A stretch of DNA of 64,000 nt. Source: Bacteroidota bacterium. GTDB lineage: Bacteria > Bacteroidota > Ignavibacteria > Ignavibacteriales > Melioribacteraceae. Below, piece by piece: positions 48,057 to 55,621 of the stretch. The notes beneath the pieces were generated by a model. It saw only the letters and a list, made by a program, of their open reading frames with translations. It was not told where the DNA came from and did not search any database. The position numbers and the translations under genes were made by a program. Where the stretch lies: positions 27,444 to 91,443 of the forward strand of contig JBFMBS010000007.1 of the NCBI GenBank assembly GCA_040755055.1. Direction: 5' to 3'. Position 1 is the stretch's first letter. Each line of letters opens with the position of its first letter.

Positions 48057-48212
48057 GCTCCAACGGAGCTAAAATTTTTATGCTAAATGTTATTACCAAG
48101 ATTACGTCCCTACGGGACTTTATAAAAAATAAACTTGAGATTGTGCAAAGCTCCGAAGGAGCGAGATATAGGTAACGAGTAAAAAAGTGAGATCAAAAAC
48201 CCCTTTAGGGGT
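48057..48212. repeat. Cluster of four short GC-stem hairpins in the gap between ARH paralogs 1 and 2
   Basis: gctcc-aac-ggagc (48057), gtccc-tac-gggac (48106), gctcc-gaa-ggagc (48150) and acccc-ttta-ggggt (48199), spaced about 45-50 nt apart. Confidence 0.7.
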
Positions 48213-48272
48213 GATACGAAAATATCATGCACAATAAGAAGAGTAATAAATACGTACCACGGATAAATTGAA

Positions 48273-49325
48273 ATGAATTATCAAAGAACAAAAAATGCTT
48301 TGCTCGGTCTTGCCGCCGGAGACGCATTAAGCTGGCAAGCACTCTATCACAAAAGTTACAACTTCCCGTTCTGGACGCGTCGGTTGAGAAGAGAGATTGA
48401 TGTTGAATCGGAATCAGTTGGAATTATAAAACCCAATCTTCCTTTTTCATTGAACATTCCAACGGAGCCGTTTAAAATTTCTCCGACGGACGACAGCGAG
48501 TGGGCTGCGTTTACTTCACTCGTCCTAATTCATAACAAAGGTGTTTACGATTTTGATTCACACATAAAAGTATGGAAGGAACTTGCTGAAGATAAATCGC
48601 AAATTAAGGGAAGCGTTGCAGTTGTTGCCGCTCTAAATAATTTTAAAAAAAATTTGATGCCCCCGGCAACCGGTAACGACAACCCTCATTATTTCGATGA
48701 CAGCTCGATGGTGCGTGCAATTCCTACCGGTGCTTTGTATGCCGGAAATATTTCTAAAGCTGTTGAGTGTGCCGGATTTGAAGCATCAATCACAAACTCG
48801 CTCGATGGAATTTGGGCGGCGCAATCTATTGCTGCGGCTGTCAGCACAGCTTGTGTTGAAAAAGAAATTGAAAAAATTATTTCCGCGGCACTTCAACCGA
48901 TTCCGGCAAACAGCTGGCTCTATTTAGAAGTAAACGAAGCGCTGAAAATTTCTAAAAAGTATAAAACTGTTTTTAGGGCACTGCCGGTTTTGCACGATGA
49001 AATAATCGATCACACATACAATTACGGTTCATCCGCACCGGATAATCTTGCACTTACACTTGCATTGTTTGTTTTATCGCGCGGAGATATTTCTGTTGGA
49101 ATTACTGCCGCGGCTTCGCTTGCCAAAACTGCTGATTCGGTGCCGGCATTTGTCGGCGCGCTTTGCGGCGCAATGAACAATGAATCTTTCGAAGAAGAAT
49201 GGACAAAAAGTTTTTCGCGGCTGAACGGTATTTGCATCCCTTCTTTGAAAGGAAAAAATTTCAACACGATAGCAGAACAACTAAATCAAATTGCAGAAAC
49301 AATTTTGACAAATAAAAAAATATGA
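48273..49325 (+). CDS. ADP-ribosylglycohydrolase-family protein (paralog 2, degenerate C-terminal metal site)
   Basis: The N-terminal LLGLAAGDALS and SPTDDSEWA are conserved. The C-terminal motif position reads LAKTADSVPAFVGALCGA instead of D-T-D-T. Confidence 0.65.
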   Translation: MNYQRTKNALLGLAAGDALSWQALYHKSYNFPFWTRRLRREIDVESESVGIIKPNLPFSLNIPTEPFKISPTDDSEWAAFTSLVLIHNKGVYDFDSHIKVWKELAEDKSQIKGSVAVVAALNNFKKNLMPPATGNDNPHYFDDSSMVRAIPTGALYAGNISKAVECAGFEASITNSLDGIWAAQSIAAAVSTACVEKEIEKIISAALQPIPANSWLYLEVNEALKISKKYKTVFRALPVLHDEIIDHTYNYGSSAPDNLALTLALFVLSRGDISVGITAAASLAKTADSVPAFVGALCGAMNNESFEEEWTKSFSRLNGICIPSLKGKNFNTIAEQLNQIAETILTNKKI

Positions 49326-50650
49326 AAGTAGATATTACATGGATTCGTCCCGAACAGCTTGTTGAATTCGAACTCGTCCAGCTTGGAGATGAAGGAGTTG
49401 AAACAAGCAATCTAAAAATTGAATGGGAAGCGATTAAGAAAAATTATCCCGATCAAACTCACACCAGAGACGAAGCGGAAAAATTTTTAGTACGATTGGA
49501 AAGCTTTAAGAAGAATATCAGCAATACCGGTATTCAAAATTTTTTAGATGGATTAAAACAGAAAGAAGCAAAACCGGAAATTGATTTTTCATTCGATCAG
49601 CTTTATGATAAAATTCTCGGCGGATGGAATGGTCGTGCCGCCGGATGTTTGCTCGGTAAACCGGTTGAAAAATATTCGCGCGCGGTAATCAAAGAAATTC
49701 TTTCTTCGAATAATTCTTATCCGCTCGATAATTATATAACCGCCGGAGGCATGCCGGAAGAAATTCTAAAAAAATATCCTTGGAATAGACACGAAGGAAA
49801 AGAAAGTCTGCGCGAAAATATTTTGTGTATGACTGAAGACGACGACATGAATTACGCGATGCTCAACCTTCATATTCTTGAAAAGTATGGAAAGGAATTT
49901 ACAACCGGCAATGTTGCAGAAACTTGGCTCGGCATTCTTCCGGTGCTTTCAACATTTACTGCGGAACGCGCCGCATACAACAATCTATTGCAATTGATCG
50001 ATTTGCAAAATGTTCCAATCTATCATAATCCTTACCGCGAATGGATTGGTGCAATGATACGTGCCGATGTTTGGGGCTGGGCTTCGCCGGGCAATCCTTT
50101 GCAAGCGGCACAACTTGCTTTTAAAGATGCATCGCTTACACACACAAGAGACGGCGTGTATGCAGAAATGTTTATCGCAGCAGCTATTGCAATTTCATTT
50201 TCTGTAGATAATGCCGAAGATGTTTTGACTTCGGCGCTCAATTATATTCCCGATGAAAGCAGAACATCACACGCAGTTAAATTCGGAATTGCAACTGCGA
50301 AAAAATTTTCATCGTGGGATTCGGTACTCAACGTTCTTCTCAAAGAATATGAAAAATATTTTTGGGTTCACTCGGTGAACAACATTGCATTGATTGCCGC
50401 CGCGCTCATTTACGGCAAAGGTGATTTTGAAAAATCGATCTGTGCAACAGTGATGGGCGGTTTGGATACCGACAGCAGCGGTGCAACTGTCGGCTCGATT
50501 ATCGGTACAATAAATGGTTTTAACAAACTTCCTTCAAAATGGATAGCAGCTTTAAAAGATAAAATAAGAAGCAGCATGAGAGGATTCGACAATTCAACTT
50601 TTTCAAATCTTGCCAAACGCACTTGCGAAACGGCAGTCAAAAAATTTTAG
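49322..50650 (+). CDS. ADP-ribosylglycohydrolase-family protein (paralog 3, with ~100-aa N-terminal extension)
   Basis: GRAAGCLLGKPVE, MTEDDDMNYA and GGLDTDSSGATVGSIIG. A 4-nt ATGA overlap with paralog 2 suggests translational coupling. Confidence 0.7.
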   Translation: MKVDITWIRPEQLVEFELVQLGDEGVETSNLKIEWEAIKKNYPDQTHTRDEAEKFLVRLESFKKNISNTGIQNFLDGLKQKEAKPEIDFSFDQLYDKILGGWNGRAAGCLLGKPVEKYSRAVIKEILSSNNSYPLDNYITAGGMPEEILKKYPWNRHEGKESLRENILCMTEDDDMNYAMLNLHILEKYGKEFTTGNVAETWLGILPVLSTFTAERAAYNNLLQLIDLQNVPIYHNPYREWIGAMIRADVWGWASPGNPLQAAQLAFKDASLTHTRDGVYAEMFIAAAIAISFSVDNAEDVLTSALNYIPDESRTSHAVKFGIATAKKFSSWDSVLNVLLKEYEKYFWVHSVNNIALIAAALIYGKGDFEKSICATVMGGLDTDSSGATVGSIIGTINGFNKLPSKWIAALKDKIRSSMRGFDNSTFSNLAKRTCETAVKKF

Positions 50651-50662
50651 CAAGGAGAAAAA

Positions 50663-51646
50663 ATGAAATCCAAAATTGATTTAATAAAAAACGAAAGTTT
50701 GTTAATCGATAAAGCATACGGCGCATTGATCGGTCATTCAATCGGCGATTCGTTTGGCGATGCTGCACGCACACCGGAAAAACATTTTATGTACGGCATA
50801 ACAATGGATTTTGACGAAGGCGAAGTGCCGAGCACCGACGACACTGACTTTGCATTGTTGACAGCACAAACACTAATTGAGTGCAGCGGAAAATTAACTA
50901 TAGATGATGTAGTGAAATCGTGGATTAAATATGTCGGACCGAACAAAGAATTGAAGCGCGGCGGTGCAAGTGAGATTGAAGGGATGGCAAATATCAAACG
51001 CGGAATTATGCCGCCCGAATCCGGCAAGTTCAACGCTTACAATATCAGCGACGGCGCGGCGATGAGAATTACACCGATCGGAATTATCAGTGCCGGAGAT
51101 CCCGATAAAGCCGCACATTACGCGGAGATTGAATCTTCATTGAGTCATTGGCGCGACGGCGTTTGGGGCGCGCAATCTGTCGCCGCCGCAATTTCTGTTG
51201 CAATGATCGATGCAACAATTGATGAGATAATCGACACGGCTTTAAAATTTATGCCGGAAGATTCGTGGTTGAGATATAACATGCTCAAAGCAATCGAGAT
51301 AATTAACAATTCCAATTCGTTCGAAGAAGCGTGGATGCCGCTTCATCATCAATTGTGGTCAACATACAAAGCCGCAGTTCCCGAAGCAGTGGTCGAAGCA
51401 TTTGCAGTTTTGATGTTAACGAAAGGTGATTTCAAAAAAGGAATAATCTACGGAGGAAATTTCGGGCGCGATGCAGATACAATCGGTGCGATTGTCGGTG
51501 CAATCAACGGTGCGTTGAGCGGCGCAAAAAATATTCCTGAAATTTGGAAAGAGAAAACACGTTACCCGGCCGGCATTTGTCTTCCGTTCACAAAAGGACT
51601 GGATGTTTTTGATGTTGCAAAAAAACTGGCAATGCTAATTGTATAA
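50663..51646 (+). CDS. ADP-ribosylglycohydrolase-family protein (paralog 4, canonical motifs)
   Basis: GALIGHSIGDSFGD, PSTDDTDFAL and GRDADTIGAIVGAINGA. Confidence 0.8.
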   Translation: MKSKIDLIKNESLLIDKAYGALIGHSIGDSFGDAARTPEKHFMYGITMDFDEGEVPSTDDTDFALLTAQTLIECSGKLTIDDVVKSWIKYVGPNKELKRGGASEIEGMANIKRGIMPPESGKFNAYNISDGAAMRITPIGIISAGDPDKAAHYAEIESSLSHWRDGVWGAQSVAAAISVAMIDATIDEIIDTALKFMPEDSWLRYNMLKAIEIINNSNSFEEAWMPLHHQLWSTYKAAVPEAVVEAFAVLMLTKGDFKKGIIYGGNFGRDADTIGAIVGAINGALSGAKNIPEIWKEKTRYPAGICLPFTKGLDVFDVAKKLAMLIV

Positions 51647-51723
51647 AAAAGTTACGCAACATTCATGTTTGTATAGTTGCAAGGACCTTTAAAGTCTATT
51701 GCATAACGTGAATCTTGTTTTTT

Positions 51724-51845
51724 CCTTTGCGCTCTTAGCGCCTTCTTTGCGGTCTTTGCGTTAAAAGCATTTAACCGCAGAGCGCGCGGAGAAGGCGCTG
51801 TGCCGGGCCCAGCACGGCAGAGTTGCGCAGAGAGTTTTTGCAACA
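51724..51845. repeat. Word-array repeat (CTTTGCG words followed by inverted CGCAGAG words)
   Basis: cctttgcgc, tctttgcgg and tctttgcgt are followed by ccgcagag, ggcagag and gcgcagagag. ORF 51652-51846 is only its translation. Confidence 0.65.
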
Positions 51846-51918
51846 CACTCTTTAGGTCGTGAGATTTCAGTTACATAAAAAATATTACTCATTTGTTGAA
51901 GGCTGATAAAGGATTTCT

Positions 51919-53043
51919 ATGGCGGACGTAAAACTAATTAACATCAACAAAATTTATGAAGGGGATAATCATGTTGTGCATGATGTGAATCTTCATATTC
52001 ATGATAGAGAATTCATTGTGCTCGTAGGTCCTTCCGGCTGCGGAAAATCTACAACACTCAGAATGGTTGCCGGACTCGAAGAAATATCGAGCGGCGAACT
52101 TTTAATTGATGAAAAAAAAGTAAACGATGTTCCGCCGAAGGATCGTGACATTGCAATGGTATTTCAGAATTATGCTCTTTATCCGCACATGACGGTTTAT
52201 GAAAATCTTGCGTTCGGTTTGAAGCTGAGGAAGTTTGATAAAACTGAAATCGAGCGAAGAGTAAAAGATGCAGCAAAGATTCTCGGCATCGAAGAATTGC
52301 TTGGTAGAAAACCAAAGCAGCTTTCCGGCGGACAGCGTCAGCGAGTTGCAGTCGGCAGAGCAATTGTTAGAAAACCAAAATTGTTTTTGTTCGATGAGCC
52401 GCTCAGCAATCTTGATGCTAAATTGCGTGTGCAGATGCGGACGGAAATATCAAAACTTCATCGTGAACTTGGCGCAACAATAATTTACGTAACGCACGAT
52501 CAAGTCGAAGCAATGACGATGGGGGATAAAATTGCAGTGATGAATAAAGGCGTTGTCCAGCAATTTGATTCGCCGCTCAATTTGTATAACTCGCCCGTAA
52601 ATAAATTTGTCGCCGGGTTTCTCGGCAATCCTTCTATGAATTTTATTGAGGGAAAAATAATTAACAACGACGGATTAACTTTTGTTGATGAAAGCAGTAC
52701 GCTTCAAATCAAATTAACAAAAGAGAGTAAAGAGTTATCGAACTACATCGAAGAAAAAATTACGATGGGAATTCGCCCGGAAGATATTTCAGTTTATGAA
52801 TTAAAAAGCCCTTCCCTTCGGGAAGGGTTGGGATGGGCTTTTATAGAAACAACAATCGAAGTAGCAGAAATGCTCGGCAACGAAATTTTTATTTATTTCA
52901 ATATTGGTACAAAACAATTGGTTTCGAGAGTTCCGGTGAACAATCAACTTCATGCCGGAATGAAAATTAAAATGAAGTTCAATCTCGAAAAACTATATTT
53001 CTTTGATAGTAGTACAGATAAAACAATTGGCATTAAAATCTGA
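51919..53043 (+). CDS. Sugar ABC transporter ATP-binding protein (MalK/UgpC/MsmX type)
   Basis: Walker A GPSGCGKST, Q-loop, signature LSGGQRQRVA, Walker B LFLFDEPLS, H-loop VTHDQ, plus the C-terminal regulatory TOBE-like domain. Confidence 0.9.
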   Translation: MADVKLININKIYEGDNHVVHDVNLHIHDREFIVLVGPSGCGKSTTLRMVAGLEEISSGELLIDEKKVNDVPPKDRDIAMVFQNYALYPHMTVYENLAFGLKLRKFDKTEIERRVKDAAKILGIEELLGRKPKQLSGGQRQRVAVGRAIVRKPKLFLFDEPLSNLDAKLRVQMRTEISKLHRELGATIIYVTHDQVEAMTMGDKIAVMNKGVVQQFDSPLNLYNSPVNKFVAGFLGNPSMNFIEGKIINNDGLTFVDESSTLQIKLTKESKELSNYIEEKITMGIRPEDISVYELKSPSLREGLGWAFIETTIEVAEMLGNEIFIYFNIGTKQLVSRVPVNNQLHAGMKIKMKFNLEKLYFFDSSTDKTIGIKI

Positions 53044-53150
53044 GTTGTCCTTTGCGAACTTGGCGTCTCCTTAGCGGTCTCCGCGTGAAATACCTTTCTT
53101 TTTTCACGCAAAGGGCGCAAAGTTTTACGCTAAGACCGCAGAGAAATAAG
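53044..53150. repeat. Word-array repeat of the CTTTGCG/CGCAAAG family with central GCGTGAAA...TTTCACGC hairpin
   Basis: cctttgcg, cttagcgg and ctccgcgtgaaa are followed by tttcacgcaaagg, gcgcaaag, cgctaag and ccgcagag. It starts immediately after the ATPase stop codon. Confidence 0.65.
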
Positions 53151-53192
53151 ATTTGCGTAAGGTGATTGAATAAATAGAGTATAGGAAATATC

Positions 53193-54038
53193 ATGCTTCT
53201 TAAAATTATACTGCTGCTGTTCATGCCGGCATATGTTTTCGGCGGAACAATTGTAAAATCCGAACTCGAATCGAAAGAGTTGAATCGCAAATGGAAATAC
53301 TCGGTTTATTTGCCCGATGATTACAACACCTCCGGCAAAAGATACCCGGTGATTTATCTTTTACACGGTAACGGTGATGATGAAAATGCGTGGTCGCCGA
53401 TTTACAGTGTTGTTGATTCGCTTGTAAAAGCCGGAAAGATCGAACCGCTGATACTTGTTACCCCAACCGGCGAAAGAGGATGGTGGGTGAACTCAACTGA
53501 AAAATTTGAGTCGGCTGTGATTAATGAATTGATTCCCGAAATAGATGCAAAATATTTTACCACTGCATCGCGCAAAGGAAGAATGATTGCCGGCTACTCG
53601 ATGGGAGGTTTCGGTGCGTTAAGATACGGACTTGTTTATTCCGAACTTTTTAGTGCGTGTGCAATTTTTAGTCCGGCACTCTACAACGAAGAACCGCCGG
53701 AAGGTTCGAGCGCGCGGACAAAAGGTATTTTCGGAAATCCGTTCGATATAAAAATTTGGAACGAGCTGAATTATCCCGTCTCATTAAAAAAATATTTGTC
53801 GAAGACCAATGAAGTTTTCTTTTTTATCGGCACCGGTGATGACGATTGGAATCATACCGAAGGAAAAAAATATAACGTAGAGTATCAAACTGTTTTGCTT
53901 TATCAACAACTCCGCAAGCAATTAAACATACCGGCAGAATTAAGAATAATCAACGGCAGTCACTCATGGAAAGTTTGGAAACCGCTCTTCACCGAAGCGA
54001 TACAACTGATGCAAAAATTTGAGAGTGGTGATAAATAA
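53193..54038 (+). CDS. Esterase-family protein (putative esterase / esterase D-like alpha/beta hydrolase)
   Basis: YPVIYLLHGNGDDENAW and nucleophile elbow GYSMGGFGAL. N-terminal signal-like segment. Confidence 0.75.
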   Translation: MLLKIILLLFMPAYVFGGTIVKSELESKELNRKWKYSVYLPDDYNTSGKRYPVIYLLHGNGDDENAWSPIYSVVDSLVKAGKIEPLILVTPTGERGWWVNSTEKFESAVINELIPEIDAKYFTTASRKGRMIAGYSMGGFGALRYGLVYSELFSACAIFSPALYNEEPPEGSSARTKGIFGNPFDIKIWNELNYPVSLKKYLSKTNEVFFFIGTGDDDWNHTEGKKYNVEYQTVLLYQQLRKQLNIPAELRIINGSHSWKVWKPLFTEAIQLMQKFESGDK

Positions 54039-54049
54039 TTTTTTTGTGT

Positions 54050-54165
54050 TGAAAGCAATGCATGGCTGCATGAAAGCATGATTTTGTTGTTAATCTTTTA
54101 TCCAGTATCAGCATCCAGTTTCAACACTTGTCTCGCATCTTTCGTCTCACGTCTCGCGTTCATTC
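54050..54165. repeat. Composite word-array repeat, copy B
   Basis: tgcatgaaagcatgattttgttgttaatcttttatccagtatca matches copy A at 42 of 44 positions. It is followed by ttgtctcgcatctttcgtctcac, which matches copy C at 22 of 23. Confidence 0.75.
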
Positions 54166-54247
54166 CATGTATCTATCTGGGATTCAAACTTGCTTGTAGT
54201 TATTTAATAATTTATGTTGATGCATAACGAAACAGTTGAACAAATAA

Positions 54248-55000
54248 ATGAAAACCGCGCGTATAAGATTTTATGAAGAACTGAATGATTTTCTTCCGTC
54301 GCAAAAAAGAAAGCGGAGATACGAAATTAACTTCACCGGCACTCCCTCAATAAAAGATGTAATCGAATCGCAAGGTGTACCTCACACGGAAGTTGATTTA
54401 ATACTAGTCCATGGCAAGTCGGTCCGTTTTGACTACAAATTGAAAAGCGAAGATGATGTTTCTGTCTATCCGCTCTTTGAATCGTTCGACATTTCTTCTT
54501 TGCAAAGATTACGTGCAAAACCGTTGCGTAAATCAAAATTTGTTCTTGATGTTCACCTTGGGACACTCGCAAAGTATATGAGAATGTTCGGATTCGATAC
54601 TAAATATCAAAATGATTTTTCTGACGAAAAGATAATTGAAATTTTCCTTCATGAAAAAAGAACAGTATTAACTCGTGATGTAGGGATTCTAAAACGGAAG
54701 GAAGTAACCCATGGATATTTTGTTAGAAATATAAAACCAATAAAACAGATTGAAGAGATTATAAAAAGATTCGACTTGCAAAAAGAAATTAAAGGATTCA
54801 GCCGTTGTATTAGATGTAATACTAAAATTGTCCCGATTGAAAAAGAAAAGATAATTGATAAAATTCCGCCAAAGGTAAAAAGTATTCATTCAAGGTTTTT
54901 TTATTGTAAGGTATGCAAAAAAGTATATTGGAAGGGAAGTCATTACGATAAGATGAAAGTGTTGATTGAGAAGATGAAAGCTTCACAGTATAGAGTATAA
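54248..55000 (+). CDS. Mut7-C (DUF82, PIN-like) RNase domain protein with N-terminal ubiquitin/ThiS-like domain and C-terminal zinc ribbon
   Basis: The N-terminal ~80 aa are beta-grasp-like (IRFYEELNDFLP...GVPHTEVDLILVHG). FVLDVHLGTLAKYMRMFGFDT and LTRD are the Mut7-C core. CxxC...CxxC: CIRCN...CKVCKKVYWKGSHY. Confidence 0.75.
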   Translation: MKTARIRFYEELNDFLPSQKRKRRYEINFTGTPSIKDVIESQGVPHTEVDLILVHGKSVRFDYKLKSEDDVSVYPLFESFDISSLQRLRAKPLRKSKFVLDVHLGTLAKYMRMFGFDTKYQNDFSDEKIIEIFLHEKRTVLTRDVGILKRKEVTHGYFVRNIKPIKQIEEIIKRFDLQKEIKGFSRCIRCNTKIVPIEKEKIIDKIPPKVKSIHSRFFYCKVCKKVYWKGSHYDKMKVLIEKMKASQYRV

Positions 55001-55290
55001 AGTATAAGAAGAAGTACGAAGTACCAGGTACAAGGGACGAAGGAGAAGTTCGATTCAGGAATTGAATAACTCGAAACTACAAACCGGGAACGCGAAACTA
55101 TTTGTAATTACGAAGTACGAATTTTAGAATGCATGATTGCGTGAAAACATGACTGTCTAAAAAACCTTTGCATGGAACAAGGTAAAGGAATTTGTCTCGC
55201 ATCTTGCGTCTCACATTTATTGCCGGTGTCCAATATCCAGTATCAAGTATTCGGAATCCAGCATCAGGCATCCAGCATCTTGTTTGTGCA
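55001..55290. repeat. Composite word-array repeat, copy C
   Basis: Contains aagtacgaagtac and attacgaagtacgaat words. gaatgcatgattgcgtgaaaacatgac is close to copy A. ttgtctcgcatcttgcgtctcac matches copy B. tatccagtatcaagtat is identical to copy A. Also has tccagcatc words. Confidence 0.75.
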
Positions 55291-55320
55291 TAATTATGCA
55301 AAAATTTTAATAAATGGCAC

Positions 55321-55349
55321 TTGACATCGCAAATTATAAACCGTATAAT
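55321..55349 (+). promoter_or_regulatory. Consensus sigma-70 promoter TTGACA-17 nt-TATAAT upstream of the ilv-leu leader
   Basis: ttgaca tcgcaaattataaaccg tataat. Both hexamers match the consensus perfectly and the spacer is the optimal 17 nt. Confidence 0.7.
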
Positions 55350-55420
55350 TGCATCCAACAATAATCATGGTCAACAGTCAAAAACATATCGTCACAATCC
55401 AAAAGATTTCAGGACGTAAA

Positions 55421-55540
55421 ATGTCCGTTGAAGTTGACCGTTCAAATTTTATTAATAACTCTTCTTTAGATAACCTTCTATTAGGGATTATTATTCTATC
55501 GATTATTAGCATTATTAACCTAGTGATAATTCTAGGCTAA
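55421..55540 (+). CDS. Candidate ilv-leu leader peptide (39 aa, Ile/Leu/Val-rich C-terminus)
   Basis: MSVEVDRSNFINNSSLDNLLLGIIILSIISIINLVIILG. 16 of the last 21 codons are Ile, Leu or Val. AGGA lies 6 nt before the ATG. The alternative in-frame start at 55367 would give 57 aa. Confidence 0.6.
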   Translation: MSVEVDRSNFINNSSLDNLLLGIIILSIISIINLVIILG

Positions 55541-55621
55541 TAATAATAGTCAATCCCTAACCAAACATAACAAAAGAGAGACGCACAAAAGATGAATTTA
55601 GGGATTGACTAAAGCCCTAAA
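55481..55621 (+). promoter_or_regulatory. Attenuator-like set of four mutually exclusive pairing segments (TTAGGGATT / AATCCCTAA / TTAGGGATTGACT / CCCTAAA)
   Basis: Segment 1 (55481-55489) lies within the Ile codons. Segment 2 is agtcaatccctaa (55548-55560). Segment 3 is ttagggattgact (55598-55610). Segment 4 is ccctaaa (55615-55621). Pairing 2:3 is a 13-bp perfect stem. Pairings 1:2 and 3:4 are alternatives. No clear U-tract follows 3:4. Confidence 0.5.

Noticed and set aside
51652-51846. 64-aa minus-strand ORF (..NAKTAKKALRAQRKK..); the 85-aa ORF 53033-53290 is a similar case
   Set aside because: Both are translations of the CTTTGCG/CGCAAAG word arrays. They have biased composition and no independent coding evidence. 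The second also overlaps the esterase start.
55349-55420. The long (63-aa) version of the leader ORF, starting at the TTG at 55349
   Set aside because: That start codon lies inside the -10 hexamer of the consensus promoter, so it would not be on the transcript. The ATG at 55421 with an AGGA upstream is preferred, and the ATG at 55367 remains possible.
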